37,496 nucleotides of DNA from a virus. The stretch spans positions 1-37,496 of the IMG/VR virus record IMGVR_UViG_3300045988_016114. The stretch is one strand, 5' to 3'. Positions 6,848 to 16,298 of the stretch are shown in pieces. Below the pieces are notes generated by a model. It was not told where the DNA came from. It was given only the letters and a program-made list of their open reading frames with translations, and searched no databases. Both the position numbers and the translations under genes were made by a program. Each line of letters opens with the position of its first letter. Within the stretch, counting starts at the first letter, position 1.

Positions 6848-7495
6848 TTGATTGATATGATTGGTAAAAAATTTGGCAAATTAACGGTTATCAAAAAAAC
6901 AAGCGCGACTAAGAATGGGTCTATAGTATGGGAGTGCGAATGTGCTTGTGGAAAAACACGTCTCGCAACATCTAGAGAATTAAATAGCGGTAGCGTAAAA
7001 AGTTGCGGTTGTCTTAGAAAAAAAAGGTATGATTTAGTAGGTCAAAAATTTGGTAAACTAACCGTCATAAAATCAGAAACGCTAGGATCTCATAGGACAT
7101 TTCTCTGCAAATGCGACTGCGGAAATGAAATTTCTGTGCGCGGAGACAGTCTCAGGCGCGGAAAAACAGTGAGTTGTGGTTGTGCAAAAAGTAGCGAATC
7201 AAAAATAAAATCTCTTAAAGCCGGAAGAAAATTGCAAGAACATACTTCTTCTGTTTTTTACCAAGGAACATTATCCAGAAACAATACTACGGGGTTTAAT
7301 GGCATATCTTTTATAAAAGGGAAGTATCGAGCCTCTATAGGTTATAAAAACAAAACATATTATCTGATATCCGATAGTGATATAGAGATTGCGAAATCCG
7401 TAAGAAAAGAGGCTGATGAAGCTGTAAAAAATGGGACATTTGAAGAATGGTTGCAACAATTTAGAAATAATAATAAAACAAAATCACGGAGGTAA
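6848..7495 (+). CDS. Protein with tandem zinc-ribbon repeats and an AP2-like DNA-binding C-terminus
   Basis: Two copies of FGKLTVIK...W/L-C-x-C-x-CG...SCGC. C-terminus GFNGISFIKGKYRASIGYKNKTYYL looks AP2/integrase-DNA-binding-like. The track start (TTG 6839) abuts the RBS, so TTG 6848 or ATG 6857 is more likely. Confidence 0.7.
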   Translation: MIDMIGKKFGKLTVIKKTSATKNGSIVWECECACGKTRLATSRELNSGSVKSCGCLRKKRYDLVGQKFGKLTVIKSETLGSHRTFLCKCDCGNEISVRGDSLRRGKTVSCGCAKSSESKIKSLKAGRKLQEHTSSVFYQGTLSRNNTTGFNGISFIKGKYRASIGYKNKTYYLISDSDIEIAKSVRKEADEAVKNGTFEEWLQQFRNNNKTKSRR

Positions 7496-7499
7496 TAAA

Positions 7500-7754
7500 A
7501 TGCAAAGAAATATTGTTGATTTATTTGAGGACGCGCTGTCTTCTGAAGACTACCGATTTAAAATTTCTTTTTTAGTTGGCGGTTTAGTATCTTACGAATC
7601 GAATGATACGGCTGAAAAGCAAGCTCAATCTACTAAATATCTCGAAGAGATTCTCGATTACATCACGTCTCTCAATGAGAATGATTCTGAAAAAAGCGAA
7701 TTTATCCATCATATCAAAGGGACAATTGAGCGCTATTTGAACTGGGAAGAATAA
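7500..7754 (+). CDS. Hypothetical acidic protein (84 aa), last gene of the cassette
   Basis: ATG 7500 is preceded by GGAGG (7489-7493). The track start at 7431 overlaps the upstream gene and has no RBS. Confidence 0.6.
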   Translation: MQRNIVDLFEDALSSEDYRFKISFLVGGLVSYESNDTAEKQAQSTKYLEEILDYITSLNENDSEKSEFIHHIKGTIERYLNWEE

Positions 7755-7792
7755 CAGTTGCAAAAATCTAAAATTTAAAAAATACAAGATAA

Positions 7793-7817
7793 AAGGATAA
7801 GCATTAAGCTTATCCTT
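7793..7817. terminator. Hairpin terminator at the convergent junction of the cassette and the lysis genes
   Basis: AAGGATAAGC-attaa-GCTTATCCTT, 10-bp stem. T-rich on the minus-strand side. A second 9-bp hairpin, CAATACAGA/TCTGTATTG, lies at 7884-7907. Confidence 0.6.
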
Positions 7818-7937
7818 ATCTAGTAGCAATTAAAGCTACTGTTAATATTTCAATCCGTGAAACTGTGATTTGCTCAGTTTCCGCAATACAGAGCTTCATC
7901 TGTATTGGACACCTTTACCATAGCATATATTCGTGGA

Positions 7938-8843
7938 TTACACAAGTCTAAGCTCAATCGCTTCAATTTTCTTATTCATTCCAATCGTGCCAATCATTCC
8001 GGACGTCCAACGAGTCCAACCAATGTCCTGAATGTGTACTCTGGTCTGCAGTTTCTTTCCTTTCAAGCCCTCGGCGATCAGCTCGATTGCTTCCATCTGC
8101 AAACCTTTCCCGGTTGTACCGATGACTGTATCATGCTTAATATAGCCAAAATCCTTAAGCCCAATATTTTGGATATGAGCACGAGCCTTGATCTTAAAGT
8201 TCAGTTTCCGCATGTCAATCTTGATTGCTTCCAGCGCTCGATTTTGTCCCACAGTTCCGGCAGTACCTCCGTTTACCGCATCCATCCAGCCTTTACCAGA
8301 TACATGCCCTTGATACCACAGCGGAGTTTTTGGCTTCGGTGGCTCTGATGGCTTCGCTGTCTGTTGTTTGATATGAGCCTTGATTCGCTCGATAAAATAT
8401 GCTTTCGTTGACTTCATGCCTCCGTGAATCTCTACTGATCTATGAGGGCAACTTGTTGCGTACACTTCTTGGTGTAATCTGATTGTGTTCTCGTTCGGCG
8501 TAATTCCATACTGGATACATTTGCTTGCAACCAGCTGAAAAGCTTTCTCTTCGTTATGTTTAAATACGTCTAAATCCCCCATGCTCTGACATACTTCTAC
8601 GCTTAAATAGTTTAAATTTCCATCTAAGTTTCCGCAATGCCATGCGCAATTTGAATCATCTTCCGACTGCAAAATATCATCCTGCGCCACATAATAATGC
8701 GCGAAACCATTTTCCAAAGGATGTGTTTGCAGCCAATTCCGATAAAATGCCGCATTCGCATTTTGACTTCCGGCATCGTTGTGGATAAAAATTCCGATTG
8801 GATTTCTTCCTCTATTTCCTGCTACTCCATTACAAATACTCAT
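7938..8843 (-). CDS. Endolysin: N-acetylmuramoyl-L-alanine amidase with three C-terminal ChW repeats
   Basis: Amidase_2-like N-terminus (IFIHNDAGS...AWHCGN...SVEVC...SCPH). Three repeats of Y/R-x-H-V/I-x-x-x-G-W...GT.G....EAI. ATG 8843 after GGAGG. Confidence 0.9.
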   Translation of the reverse strand: MSICNGVAGNRGRNPIGIFIHNDAGSQNANAAFYRNWLQTHPLENGFAHYYVAQDDILQSEDDSNCAWHCGNLDGNLNYLSVEVCQSMGDLDVFKHNEEKAFQLVASKCIQYGITPNENTIRLHQEVYATSCPHRSVEIHGGMKSTKAYFIERIKAHIKQQTAKPSEPPKPKTPLWYQGHVSGKGWMDAVNGGTAGTVGQNRALEAIKIDMRKLNFKIKARAHIQNIGLKDFGYIKHDTVIGTTGKGLQMEAIELIAEGLKGKKLQTRVHIQDIGWTRWTSGMIGTIGMNKKIEAIELRLV

Positions 8844-8904
8844 ATCTCTTCCTCCTTCGAACACAACAAAAGAGAGTCCGAAGACTCCCTTTACTTTTTG
8901 TTAT

Positions 8905-9198
8905 TTATTCATTTTTTCCAAGCTGTTTAATTGTCTGATTGATGTATGTACTCAGACCTGCCACCAAAATGCCTTGCACAATCGCTGTAAATACTGCCAT
9001 CGCAATCTCCTGCCCGGTGCTGATCGGACATGTAGCCAATACCCACACGGCACACAACACAATCCCTGCGCCGCCTAAAATAAGTGGGATGTACTTATCC
9101 TTTACCGCCTGCGCGCTTTTTAATCCCATTCCGATAAAATACAACACTACTGCTACCACCAGCAGCTCCGGCTTTACATAATTCGTAATTTGTTCCAT
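8905..9198 (-). CDS. Holin (Hol44 / holin superfamily V-like, 3 predicted TM helices)
   Basis: 97 aa with three hydrophobic helices. KDKYIPLILGGAGIVL motif. Lies immediately upstream of the endolysin. RBS AGGAGG. Confidence 0.8.
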   Translation of the reverse strand: MEQITNYVKPELLVVAVVLYFIGMGLKSAQAVKDKYIPLILGGAGIVLCAVWVLATCPISTGQEIAMAVFTAIVQGILVAGLSTYINQTIKQLGKNE

Positions 9199-9210
9199 CC
9201 TTTCTACCTC

Positions 9211-9504
9211 CTAACCTCTAATTGGCAATTCTTTTACTTCTTCGAGTAGCTGTGTAGCCACTCCGTTTCCGCCGAGATCGTGATATGAATCATACATCTC
9301 AATAAAATTTTCAAGCCCATGTTTTGTTACATAGCCTCTTGCAATCCACTTCTCGTGGTACTCAATCATCTGAACTCTGAGCAAAAGCATCGTTCCTTTG
9401 CTATTTGCATCTCGGTCTTTCTTTTGATTTTTAAGCAGCCATACAACGTACCCTAGAATTATCGGAAGTACAATAGTATATGTCTGCATGATAAAAGTTT
9501 CCAT
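9211..9504 (-). CDS. Small membrane-anchored protein of the lysis cassette
   Basis: 97 aa with an N-terminal TM helix (TYTIVLPIILGYVVWLL). RBS AGGAG. Adjacent to the holin. Confidence 0.6.
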   Translation of the reverse strand: METFIMQTYTIVLPIILGYVVWLLKNQKKDRDANSKGTMLLLRVQMIEYHEKWIARGYVTKHGLENFIEMYDSYHDLGGNGVATQLLEEVKELPIRG

Positions 9505-9578
9505 AAAATTCTCCTATTTATAATATTGCATAAAAATAAGACCATTACGGTCTTGCTCTAATCTCCATTATTCTCCTC

Positions 9579-12500
9579 CTATGCTGTCCTAACCCACATA
9601 TAGCAAGTGATATACGGTTGCAAGTTGTCATGTGCCTCTCCCCGCCCAGTGTATGTACTTGTAAATCCATCAGATCCGTCTTTCGTAGGATTCTTCGTCC
9701 TCATAAGTCCAAATCCGGTATCCGACTGAGATGCGACACCATACCACTCTGGCTTTGGGACATTGTGGTTATGTGGTGGCAGCTGATTTCCAGTAAGTGT
9801 TACGCTTTTAGATCCACCAATTTTTTCCGCTGCATTAAATTCCGCTTGAGAGGGATCTACTCCAACTGGGACACGGCCCTGCCCCCACTCCATCCATGCG
9901 GTTCGCGGGAAGAGTTCTGAGGGGTTAGTTGGATTGACTGACATGTAAATTGACCCCACTGGATAAATAAGATTAAAAAAAGACTGAGGGGGATCAAAAC
10001 CATCTGCATCCAAACTCGTCCTTTTCCTTTCTCCGGTCCGATAATCTTCTATGTAGCAATAGATTCCATTTCCTGCCAGAAGCTGTGTTAGCCTATGCTC
10101 TTGTGGGGAAGAAGTCCATCCGTCACCTTGCTTAAAGTACAAATCATCTGTTGCTACAATAGCACCCTTACTTATCTTAAGATTTACTTTGTGCTTTGCT
10201 TCCACAACGGTATTGTCATCAATATGGTGTGGGGATATAAACTCATCTATACTCGTAAAATTTGCCCCGATAAAATCAAATCCCTGAAAAGTATCAGCCT
10301 CTATATTGGAGGCTGTAAATTTAAACAATTCCCATGTCGACCCATTCCAGCGGTATATTGCGCCTTGCACCCTTCCTTCGGACGTTCCGGTATTTTTCCA
10401 GAGCATCCCTACATGAGGATTATCGGGTGGTGTATCACTTTCCATTACCCCTGATGAGCCTCCATCCTCTCCGTGTACTCCAATGATAATAGGAGTGGTA
10501 TTTGTTGATGATTGATCTGTGTACAGCGTACTCTCGTAACTCCAAAGATATCGTTTCTGTGGAGTAAGATGCTGCATGGTAGTTGTCCATCCGTAACTGT
10601 TTGTTGTAATGCCGCTGTTTCTTTCGGATGCAAGATAATACTTTGTAATACGACTAATACCTACACCGTTATTACCGTCCGCGCCATCATGACCATCTTC
10701 GCCCTTTATCTTGGACCATTTATACATATTCGGACTTTCACTGTCTCTTTCTGTATAATCCACATATTGCCCCATATAAGCCCTGCCAGTGCTTATGGTA
10801 GTTGAAAAATCCGTGTATCCATCCAAGCTATTTGCATAAGCGATATGCAGATAAGAGGTCCTTCCGTCTGCTCCATTTTCTCCTGGGATCCCATTTTGCC
10901 CTGGATCACCCTGGAACTGTACCCAGTTATACATGTTTGGATCCGTACTGTCCTGCTCTGTAAAATCAACGTAAGTACCGATGTATTTACTCGGAGTCTC
11001 GGTCATATCCCAATAAGATGGATTCGGAATTGCGCTATACTTGACGTGGAAATAAGTAGTTTTTCCATCTTGTCCGTTGGATCCCGGTATACCATCATCT
11101 CCGCGATATTTTGACCACTGATAGTCTCGTGGATCATTACTTTCTGCTTGTGACTCCTTATTAAATGCTAAACCAATGTAATACTTTTCGTTTGGATCGT
11201 CCGCCATTCCACTTCCATATAAATCATCGGCATATTTTACCCATGTATAGTAGGTTTTGCCATCTTCTCCGGGCTTACCAGGGATTCCCTCTCCAGTAAT
11301 TCTCGACCACTGATAATCTGCCGGATTGTATGACTCTGCTATTTGCTCTTTGTTATAAGCAATTCCCATATACTGCTTGCCGTCTGGATTATCTGAGATT
11401 CCGTCACCGTACTCATTGTCTGCGTATTTGATCCATGTATAATACGTTTTCCCCGGCTCTCCCGGCTTTCCAGGTTTGCCAGGCTTGCCATCTGATACAT
11501 TTGTCACTGTAACCTCATAATACCCGCGTTTTACATTGTTTTCAAACGCTTCGAACGAGTAAATCGCCTTAGTCTCCACGGCTTCCGAGTTTACCGTCAC
11601 ACTCCTGCCGGTATAAAGTTCTTGGCCGTCTTTCTTCCATTGGATTTTCAGTCTGTCAGCAATGTCTACTCCGTTGTCGTAAGCATGAGCCGTCAAAGTA
11701 GTGCTGCCAACACCGTTTTTAAATACAACACCGTTGTCGGTTGAAACTGAACAGGTATAAACCTTATTTTTTGCAATCAAATCCTTCATTTCTTGTAGTA
11801 AATTATCAGAGATTTCTGATGTCAACTCCTTATAGTTACTAAACACTGTTTTTGCTGTCTTCGGATTTGTTAGACTTCTTAATTGCTCCGACACTCTCGC
11901 CTGTAGGTAAAGTATTGGCGTCCACTCCTGGTCCTGTATCCTTACAGTGTCCCCGATTGCAGTATCAAAATATCCGTCAACCTCATAGGTCACTATAGGT
12001 TCAGAAGCCACCTTCAGATCGGATAAAGCCATGCTATAGAGCTTGTCTCTGCTATCTGTATAATACTCTTTCCGCATTAGGATGTAAGCATCTGCCTTGT
12101 TAACAATATTGGATGGAAACCGGTCTCTTGCCTGCGGTGCTCGGATTATCGTACCATCCGTAAAGTACTCAATATTACCATTCTCATCGTACTCTTTTTT
12201 ATTTAGTCCGTTGATTGTCAAGCCATCTTTTCCGGTGGGTTGGATACAAGTATAAAGACTCTCTGCATCCGTAGTCTTCCGAATCCCGGTGATTCCTTTT
12301 CCGTACCGTAGGGCAATATCGTTTCGATATTCTCCGATTCCGCTATTAGTGCTGGAGTGCTCTCGGTGAACATTTAGAATAATTTCTTTTAATGAATAGT
12401 CTCTATTTAAAACTGTTTTGAACTCTATTTCTGCTGAAAAAACATTGGCAAGAGAGAACAATCTTTTTAACACGGATGTCGTACCGGTCCATTCATTTGT

Positions 12501-12920
12501 GATGCGTTTGTCCGATACCTCATTAACCCCAAGCTTCAGCGTCTTCTCTGCATCAAATACAGAAAGATATTCTGCAAAACTCATCGCTTTTTCGGCTTTG
12601 TATTTACCTGCGTCCTCATTAATCAATTCAAAGGATAGTGACCATGCTGTTGCTGTAATTGTCTCTTCTGTCTGGTCGGTATTTATAATATTTAAGTAAT
12701 ACGATTTGCCTTTATAAATAAATGCTACCTTATTCCCTATTGTAACATGTTCTGAGTCTCCATGCTTTGCATTTACCGTAAAACTATAAGTATTGGCTGC
12801 GCCTTGCAAATACTCGTGAAGTTCATCGTTCCAGTAATGCATGGACTTTTTATGTTTGTTATCCATAAATGCTACTGGCATGTTATTCGTGTTTAAAATC
12901 GCAATTCTGACATGTTCCAT
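9579..12920 (-). CDS. Tail fibre / host-specificity protein (Tal-like N-terminus, collagen-like repeat modules, tail-collar-like C-terminus)
   Basis: 1113 aa directly after Dit. GKPGKPGKPGEPG and three further G-x-y runs each head a module of about 60 aa (KTYYTWIKYADNEYG...DYQWS). C-terminus GGSKSVTLTGNQLPPHNHN resembles the tail-collar motif. Confidence 0.85.
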   Translation of the reverse strand: MEHVRIAILNTNNMPVAFMDNKHKKSMHYWNDELHEYLQGAANTYSFTVNAKHGDSEHVTIGNKVAFIYKGKSYYLNIINTDQTEETITATAWSLSFELINEDAGKYKAEKAMSFAEYLSVFDAEKTLKLGVNEVSDKRITNEWTGTTSVLKRLFSLANVFSAEIEFKTVLNRDYSLKEIILNVHREHSSTNSGIGEYRNDIALRYGKGITGIRKTTDAESLYTCIQPTGKDGLTINGLNKKEYDENGNIEYFTDGTIIRAPQARDRFPSNIVNKADAYILMRKEYYTDSRDKLYSMALSDLKVASEPIVTYEVDGYFDTAIGDTVRIQDQEWTPILYLQARVSEQLRSLTNPKTAKTVFSNYKELTSEISDNLLQEMKDLIAKNKVYTCSVSTDNGVVFKNGVGSTTLTAHAYDNGVDIADRLKIQWKKDGQELYTGRSVTVNSEAVETKAIYSFEAFENNVKRGYYEVTVTNVSDGKPGKPGKPGEPGKTYYTWIKYADNEYGDGISDNPDGKQYMGIAYNKEQIAESYNPADYQWSRITGEGIPGKPGEDGKTYYTWVKYADDLYGSGMADDPNEKYYIGLAFNKESQAESNDPRDYQWSKYRGDDGIPGSNGQDGKTTYFHVKYSAIPNPSYWDMTETPSKYIGTYVDFTEQDSTDPNMYNWVQFQGDPGQNGIPGENGADGRTSYLHIAYANSLDGYTDFSTTISTGRAYMGQYVDYTERDSESPNMYKWSKIKGEDGHDGADGNNGVGISRITKYYLASERNSGITTNSYGWTTTMQHLTPQKRYLWSYESTLYTDQSSTNTTPIIIGVHGEDGGSSGVMESDTPPDNPHVGMLWKNTGTSEGRVQGAIYRWNGSTWELFKFTASNIEADTFQGFDFIGANFTSIDEFISPHHIDDNTVVEAKHKVNLKISKGAIVATDDLYFKQGDGWTSSPQEHRLTQLLAGNGIYCYIEDYRTGERKRTSLDADGFDPPQSFFNLIYPVGSIYMSVNPTNPSELFPRTAWMEWGQGRVPVGVDPSQAEFNAAEKIGGSKSVTLTGNQLPPHNHNVPKPEWYGVASQSDTGFGLMRTKNPTKDGSDGFTSTYTGRGEAHDNLQPYITCYMWVRTA

Positions 12921-14395
12921 TATAAATATACCTCCCGTATTTTTGCTCTGATCCGTGGCGGTGGAGATGAAAAAGAAGAATAACAGAACTGAACCTCTGT
13001 TGTTCCTGGTGGAACTTTAAAATAATCCGTGCCGGTAATTTCATCTCCTCTTGCCGACATCCCATTCACAAGAACCTTTGCACTCTCTCCATCGATCGTA
13101 ACCACGTCCCCAGCTTTATACCTATTTGGAATATCCCTATATTTTTCTACATTATTTTTAGTAAACGAAAAGTGTTTAATATAATTCCTTGTAACATATT
13201 GATTAGCAAGGTTACGATTCCCCCATTGTCCAATCCATATCTGCACCTTCTTACACTCCATATTTTTGATTTCAGGCAAGGTGTAAGTGAAATATTGTCC
13301 ATACCAGAAAATTCTCAGACGATCTCCTTCTTTAAGGAAATCATTGTGTCCTCCACCCATTTTGAGATTATATGGATTTCCTTCACCGTTTGTCGGAGAA
13401 AAATCAATACTTTTGAGTAGCTTATTTTTAGGACCGAACCAGTCCACGTGAGCCATGTTTCCAACTAAGTCACTTTTATTGATTGACATCGCACAAATAA
13501 CTTGATTATCGCCTGTCAGGAATGCGATTGTCTGTGCCCCTGTCTGCCCCATTAATCCAGTTTCAAACCAGTGCTGAGTATAGCAGTAGAAGTTCTTTGA
13601 TCCAGTCGCTCCTTCACTATCCGCCGGAATTGTAATGGTCTTCATCCCACCATTCCACCAATTCGCAGATCCCGACTGCCCTCCAGCAAGAAGAAGACAA
13701 TTATTTCCAGCTACGTCACGCACTTCGAGAGTTCCACTTGTTGTATTCGATGGATTCTGAGCAGATGTTCCGTGATCTGTTGCGAATTTCCCGAATCCCT
13801 TTGCAAGCACCTCTGATGCTTTATACGTTTCTCCGTCAGCTTCTTCCTCTTTTCCAAGCTGAATAATGCCATACTGGCTAATCAGTCCGATGAATCCGTT
13901 TTCGTGATCGTGTGTAATCTCATAGTCCACATCCGCCCATTCTGTGCCATTGTTTTGGATAGTAATTGTCTGGTAACCGTCTTGCTGAACGCCATCGAAA
14001 TTAAACTCTGCCACAGAGTAAGCTACACCATCCGGAACAATCCATGTGATTGTGCCTTTTCCGAAGATTGAGACCTGCGTTATATCAAGATTACCATTCG
14101 GTATTGCGTAAAAATAACGATTCGGGTAATTACCAAACACAAGCCTTTTTGGCTCTGAAACGTTTAGTATCTTCTGAATTTTATTGTAGCTTTCTGCAAT
14201 GTCTCCGATTAATTCGAACGGCATCTCTATAACTCTTGACTTGTAAGTACTATATCCGAACTCTTCGCCTTTACATGATTCGGCACTCTCTAAAAGTTCC
14301 GTTTCTCTATCTACCCCATTAAACGGAGAAAACCCGGATAGTACATTTAAGTACTTTCCGAGTTCCTGGTCATTGAATTTTACAGATAGACTCAA
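12920..14395 (-). CDS. Distal tail protein (Dit), enlarged form
   Basis: Positioned between the tape measure and the tail fibre. Siphovirus tail-family N-terminus. 491 aa is much longer than a minimal Dit. TTG start overlaps the TMP stop, after AGGAGG. Confidence 0.75.
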   Translation of the reverse strand: MSLSVKFNDQELGKYLNVLSGFSPFNGVDRETELLESAESCKGEEFGYSTYKSRVIEMPFELIGDIAESYNKIQKILNVSEPKRLVFGNYPNRYFYAIPNGNLDITQVSIFGKGTITWIVPDGVAYSVAEFNFDGVQQDGYQTITIQNNGTEWADVDYEITHDHENGFIGLISQYGIIQLGKEEEADGETYKASEVLAKGFGKFATDHGTSAQNPSNTTSGTLEVRDVAGNNCLLLAGGQSGSANWWNGGMKTITIPADSEGATGSKNFYCYTQHWFETGLMGQTGAQTIAFLTGDNQVICAMSINKSDLVGNMAHVDWFGPKNKLLKSIDFSPTNGEGNPYNLKMGGGHNDFLKEGDRLRIFWYGQYFTYTLPEIKNMECKKVQIWIGQWGNRNLANQYVTRNYIKHFSFTKNNVEKYRDIPNRYKAGDVVTIDGESAKVLVNGMSARGDEITGTDYFKVPPGTTEVQFCYSSFSSPPPRIRAKIREVYL

Positions 14396-16248
14396 GTTCT
14401 ATCTCCTCCTAACATTTTTCTGAATTCTTGATTCTTTTTCATCTGTCTTTGCATTGGCGTAGCAAGCACTCTGGACGTCTCTATAGAATCAATCTTATTA
14501 ACGATCTCGACTGGTCTGTTTGCAAGTCTGGATAGACGTTCTACCGCATAAATCAGATCGCTAGTATCTGTCGTTCTGATTGCGGATTTTGAAGCCACAT
14601 ATCCACTCGCTGTCGAACTAGCTGATGATGTGATCCCGAGAGCTGTTCCTTGTATACGCGATACCATCTTACTCGCCTGTTTTTCCATGTCTTTGTACGG
14701 GATATTGTCCTCAAACCCAACGCCAATACCGAGAGCCATGTTTTTCCCGACTTGATCTCTAAATACGCGTGATGGAGAATGAATCCCGAGCTTATTCTTA
14801 ACCCAGTTCAAAGCATCTGTTGCAGCACTTACCGCAGCATCTACGAGTTGCCCCGCCGCAGAAGCTACACCAGAAGCAATTCCTTTAATGATATTAACTC
14901 CGACACTAAGCCAGTCCACACTTAAAAACGCATCTTTGATTGCGGATATAATCTGCGGTATTTTTCCCACGAGGTTTGGTATAGCCCGGATTAAACCAGA
15001 AGCTAATTCGCCAATAATTTTAATACCCGTGGATAGAATCTGCGGAAGATTACTTGCGACACTCGATACGAACCGAGTAATCGCCTGCGCCGCTGCTGAT
15101 ACAATGGAAGGAAGATTGTTTATAATGCCATCTACGAGACGTAAAATCATCTGTACGCCAGATTGTAATACCGACGGGAGTGATGATAAAAGACCGCTCA
15201 CGAAATTCGTGATCACCATTGCTCCCTGCGTAATTAGTTGTGGAAGATTTTCTAAAATTCCAAGTGCAATTTGCGTTATAAATTCAAATCCCTTAATACG
15301 CAGTGCAGGTATTCCGGTCGCAATCCCGAGTAAAAATTGGTTTAAAAGCTCAAAACCAGTCGAGATAAGAGACGGGGCATTTTCCATTATGCCAGTAAAT
15401 AAACCGCTTACGATATTTCCAGCAGCCTGTATCATACCGGAAACTCCGTTTTCTTCAAATCCCTTCGTAAGCTGTTCAATTGCGCTGATTGCTGCAGGTA
15501 ATAATGATTCTGTAAGTCCGTCAGATATTGGTTTCACAACCTCGCCTAACAACTGCTGTGCATTGTCTTTCAGAGTCGAGATAAGCCCGCTAAATGTCTG
15601 ACTCTGTTTTTCCATGCTCTGGAAATACTTGCCTCCCTCAGATGTCGCTCTCTGCATAGACGCTGTAATTTCATCTACAGAGATTGTTCCCTTGCTGATT
15701 CTGTCATACAAGGATGACATTGACTCCCCTGTGCTTTCAGAAATCTCCTGCAGCGGGTTAAACCCTGCTTCAATCATCTGTTTCACATCTTCTAGGGAGA
15801 CCTTGCCAGCCGAGGACATCTGTCCATAAGCGGTGGCAATTCTAGACATTTTCTCCGCAGATCCTTGCGAGATGTCGCCAAGCATCATCATCTTATCCAT
15901 AGCTTCATCTGCGCTAAAACCGTAATTCATCAGTAATTGCGTGGTATCTGCTAAATCCGGAAGTTCAAACGGTGTTGATGCTCCGACTTTTTTTAATCTG
16001 TCAATTACTTCCGCTGCCTTTTCTGCGGAACCAGTCATTACCTCGAACGATGTCTGATATGACTCTATAGATGCGTTGTATTTAACACCTGCAACAACGC
16101 CAGCCCCGAGCGCAGCTGTAACAGCCCCAACTGCAGCAACTGCGACGCCTGCGCCTTTCTTGGCTATTCCCCCAAGTTTAGAAACTCCGGAATTAAAACC
16201 GGATTCATTTATTTCTGTATCAAATTTCAATGAGCCATCATAACCCAT
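14392..16248 (-). CDS. Tail tape measure protein
   Basis: TP901-type TMP core (GASTPFELPDLADTTQLLMNYGF...ISQGSAEKMSRIATAYGQM...VSLEDVKQMIEAGFNP), followed by a hydrophobic Gly/Ala/Ile-rich repeat region. Confidence 0.92.
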   Translation of the reverse strand: MGYDGSLKFDTEINESGFNSGVSKLGGIAKKGAGVAVAAVGAVTAALGAGVVAGVKYNASIESYQTSFEVMTGSAEKAAEVIDRLKKVGASTPFELPDLADTTQLLMNYGFSADEAMDKMMMLGDISQGSAEKMSRIATAYGQMSSAGKVSLEDVKQMIEAGFNPLQEISESTGESMSSLYDRISKGTISVDEITASMQRATSEGGKYFQSMEKQSQTFSGLISTLKDNAQQLLGEVVKPISDGLTESLLPAAISAIEQLTKGFEENGVSGMIQAAGNIVSGLFTGIMENAPSLISTGFELLNQFLLGIATGIPALRIKGFEFITQIALGILENLPQLITQGAMVITNFVSGLLSSLPSVLQSGVQMILRLVDGIINNLPSIVSAAAQAITRFVSSVASNLPQILSTGIKIIGELASGLIRAIPNLVGKIPQIISAIKDAFLSVDWLSVGVNIIKGIASGVASAAGQLVDAAVSAATDALNWVKNKLGIHSPSRVFRDQVGKNMALGIGVGFEDNIPYKDMEKQASKMVSRIQGTALGITSSASSTASGYVASKSAIRTTDTSDLIYAVERLSRLANRPVEIVNKIDSIETSRVLATPMQRQMKKNQEFRKMLGGDRT

Positions 16249-16298
16249 ACTATCCCTCCTTTATGGATAGCACAGGCTCATAGGCTCAATTAAGTGCT

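Noticed and set aside
9579-12920. Diversity-generating retroelement targeting the tail fibre.
   Set aside because: No reverse-transcriptase ORF, no template/variable repeat pair with adenine-specific differences, and no C-type-lectin-like C-terminus were recognised.
14888-15601. Long plus-strand ORFs antisense to structural or enzymatic genes (237 aa here; also 25333-26082 at 249 aa, 30476-31150 at 224 aa, 31012-31446, and 3332-3835 on the minus strand).
   Set aside because: Each lies wholly opposite an ORF with recognisable conserved motifs (TMP, portal/TerL, PAPS reductase, DUF4236 protein). They lack RBSs and have low-complexity Ser/Leu/Ile/Cys-rich translations typical of shadow ORFs.
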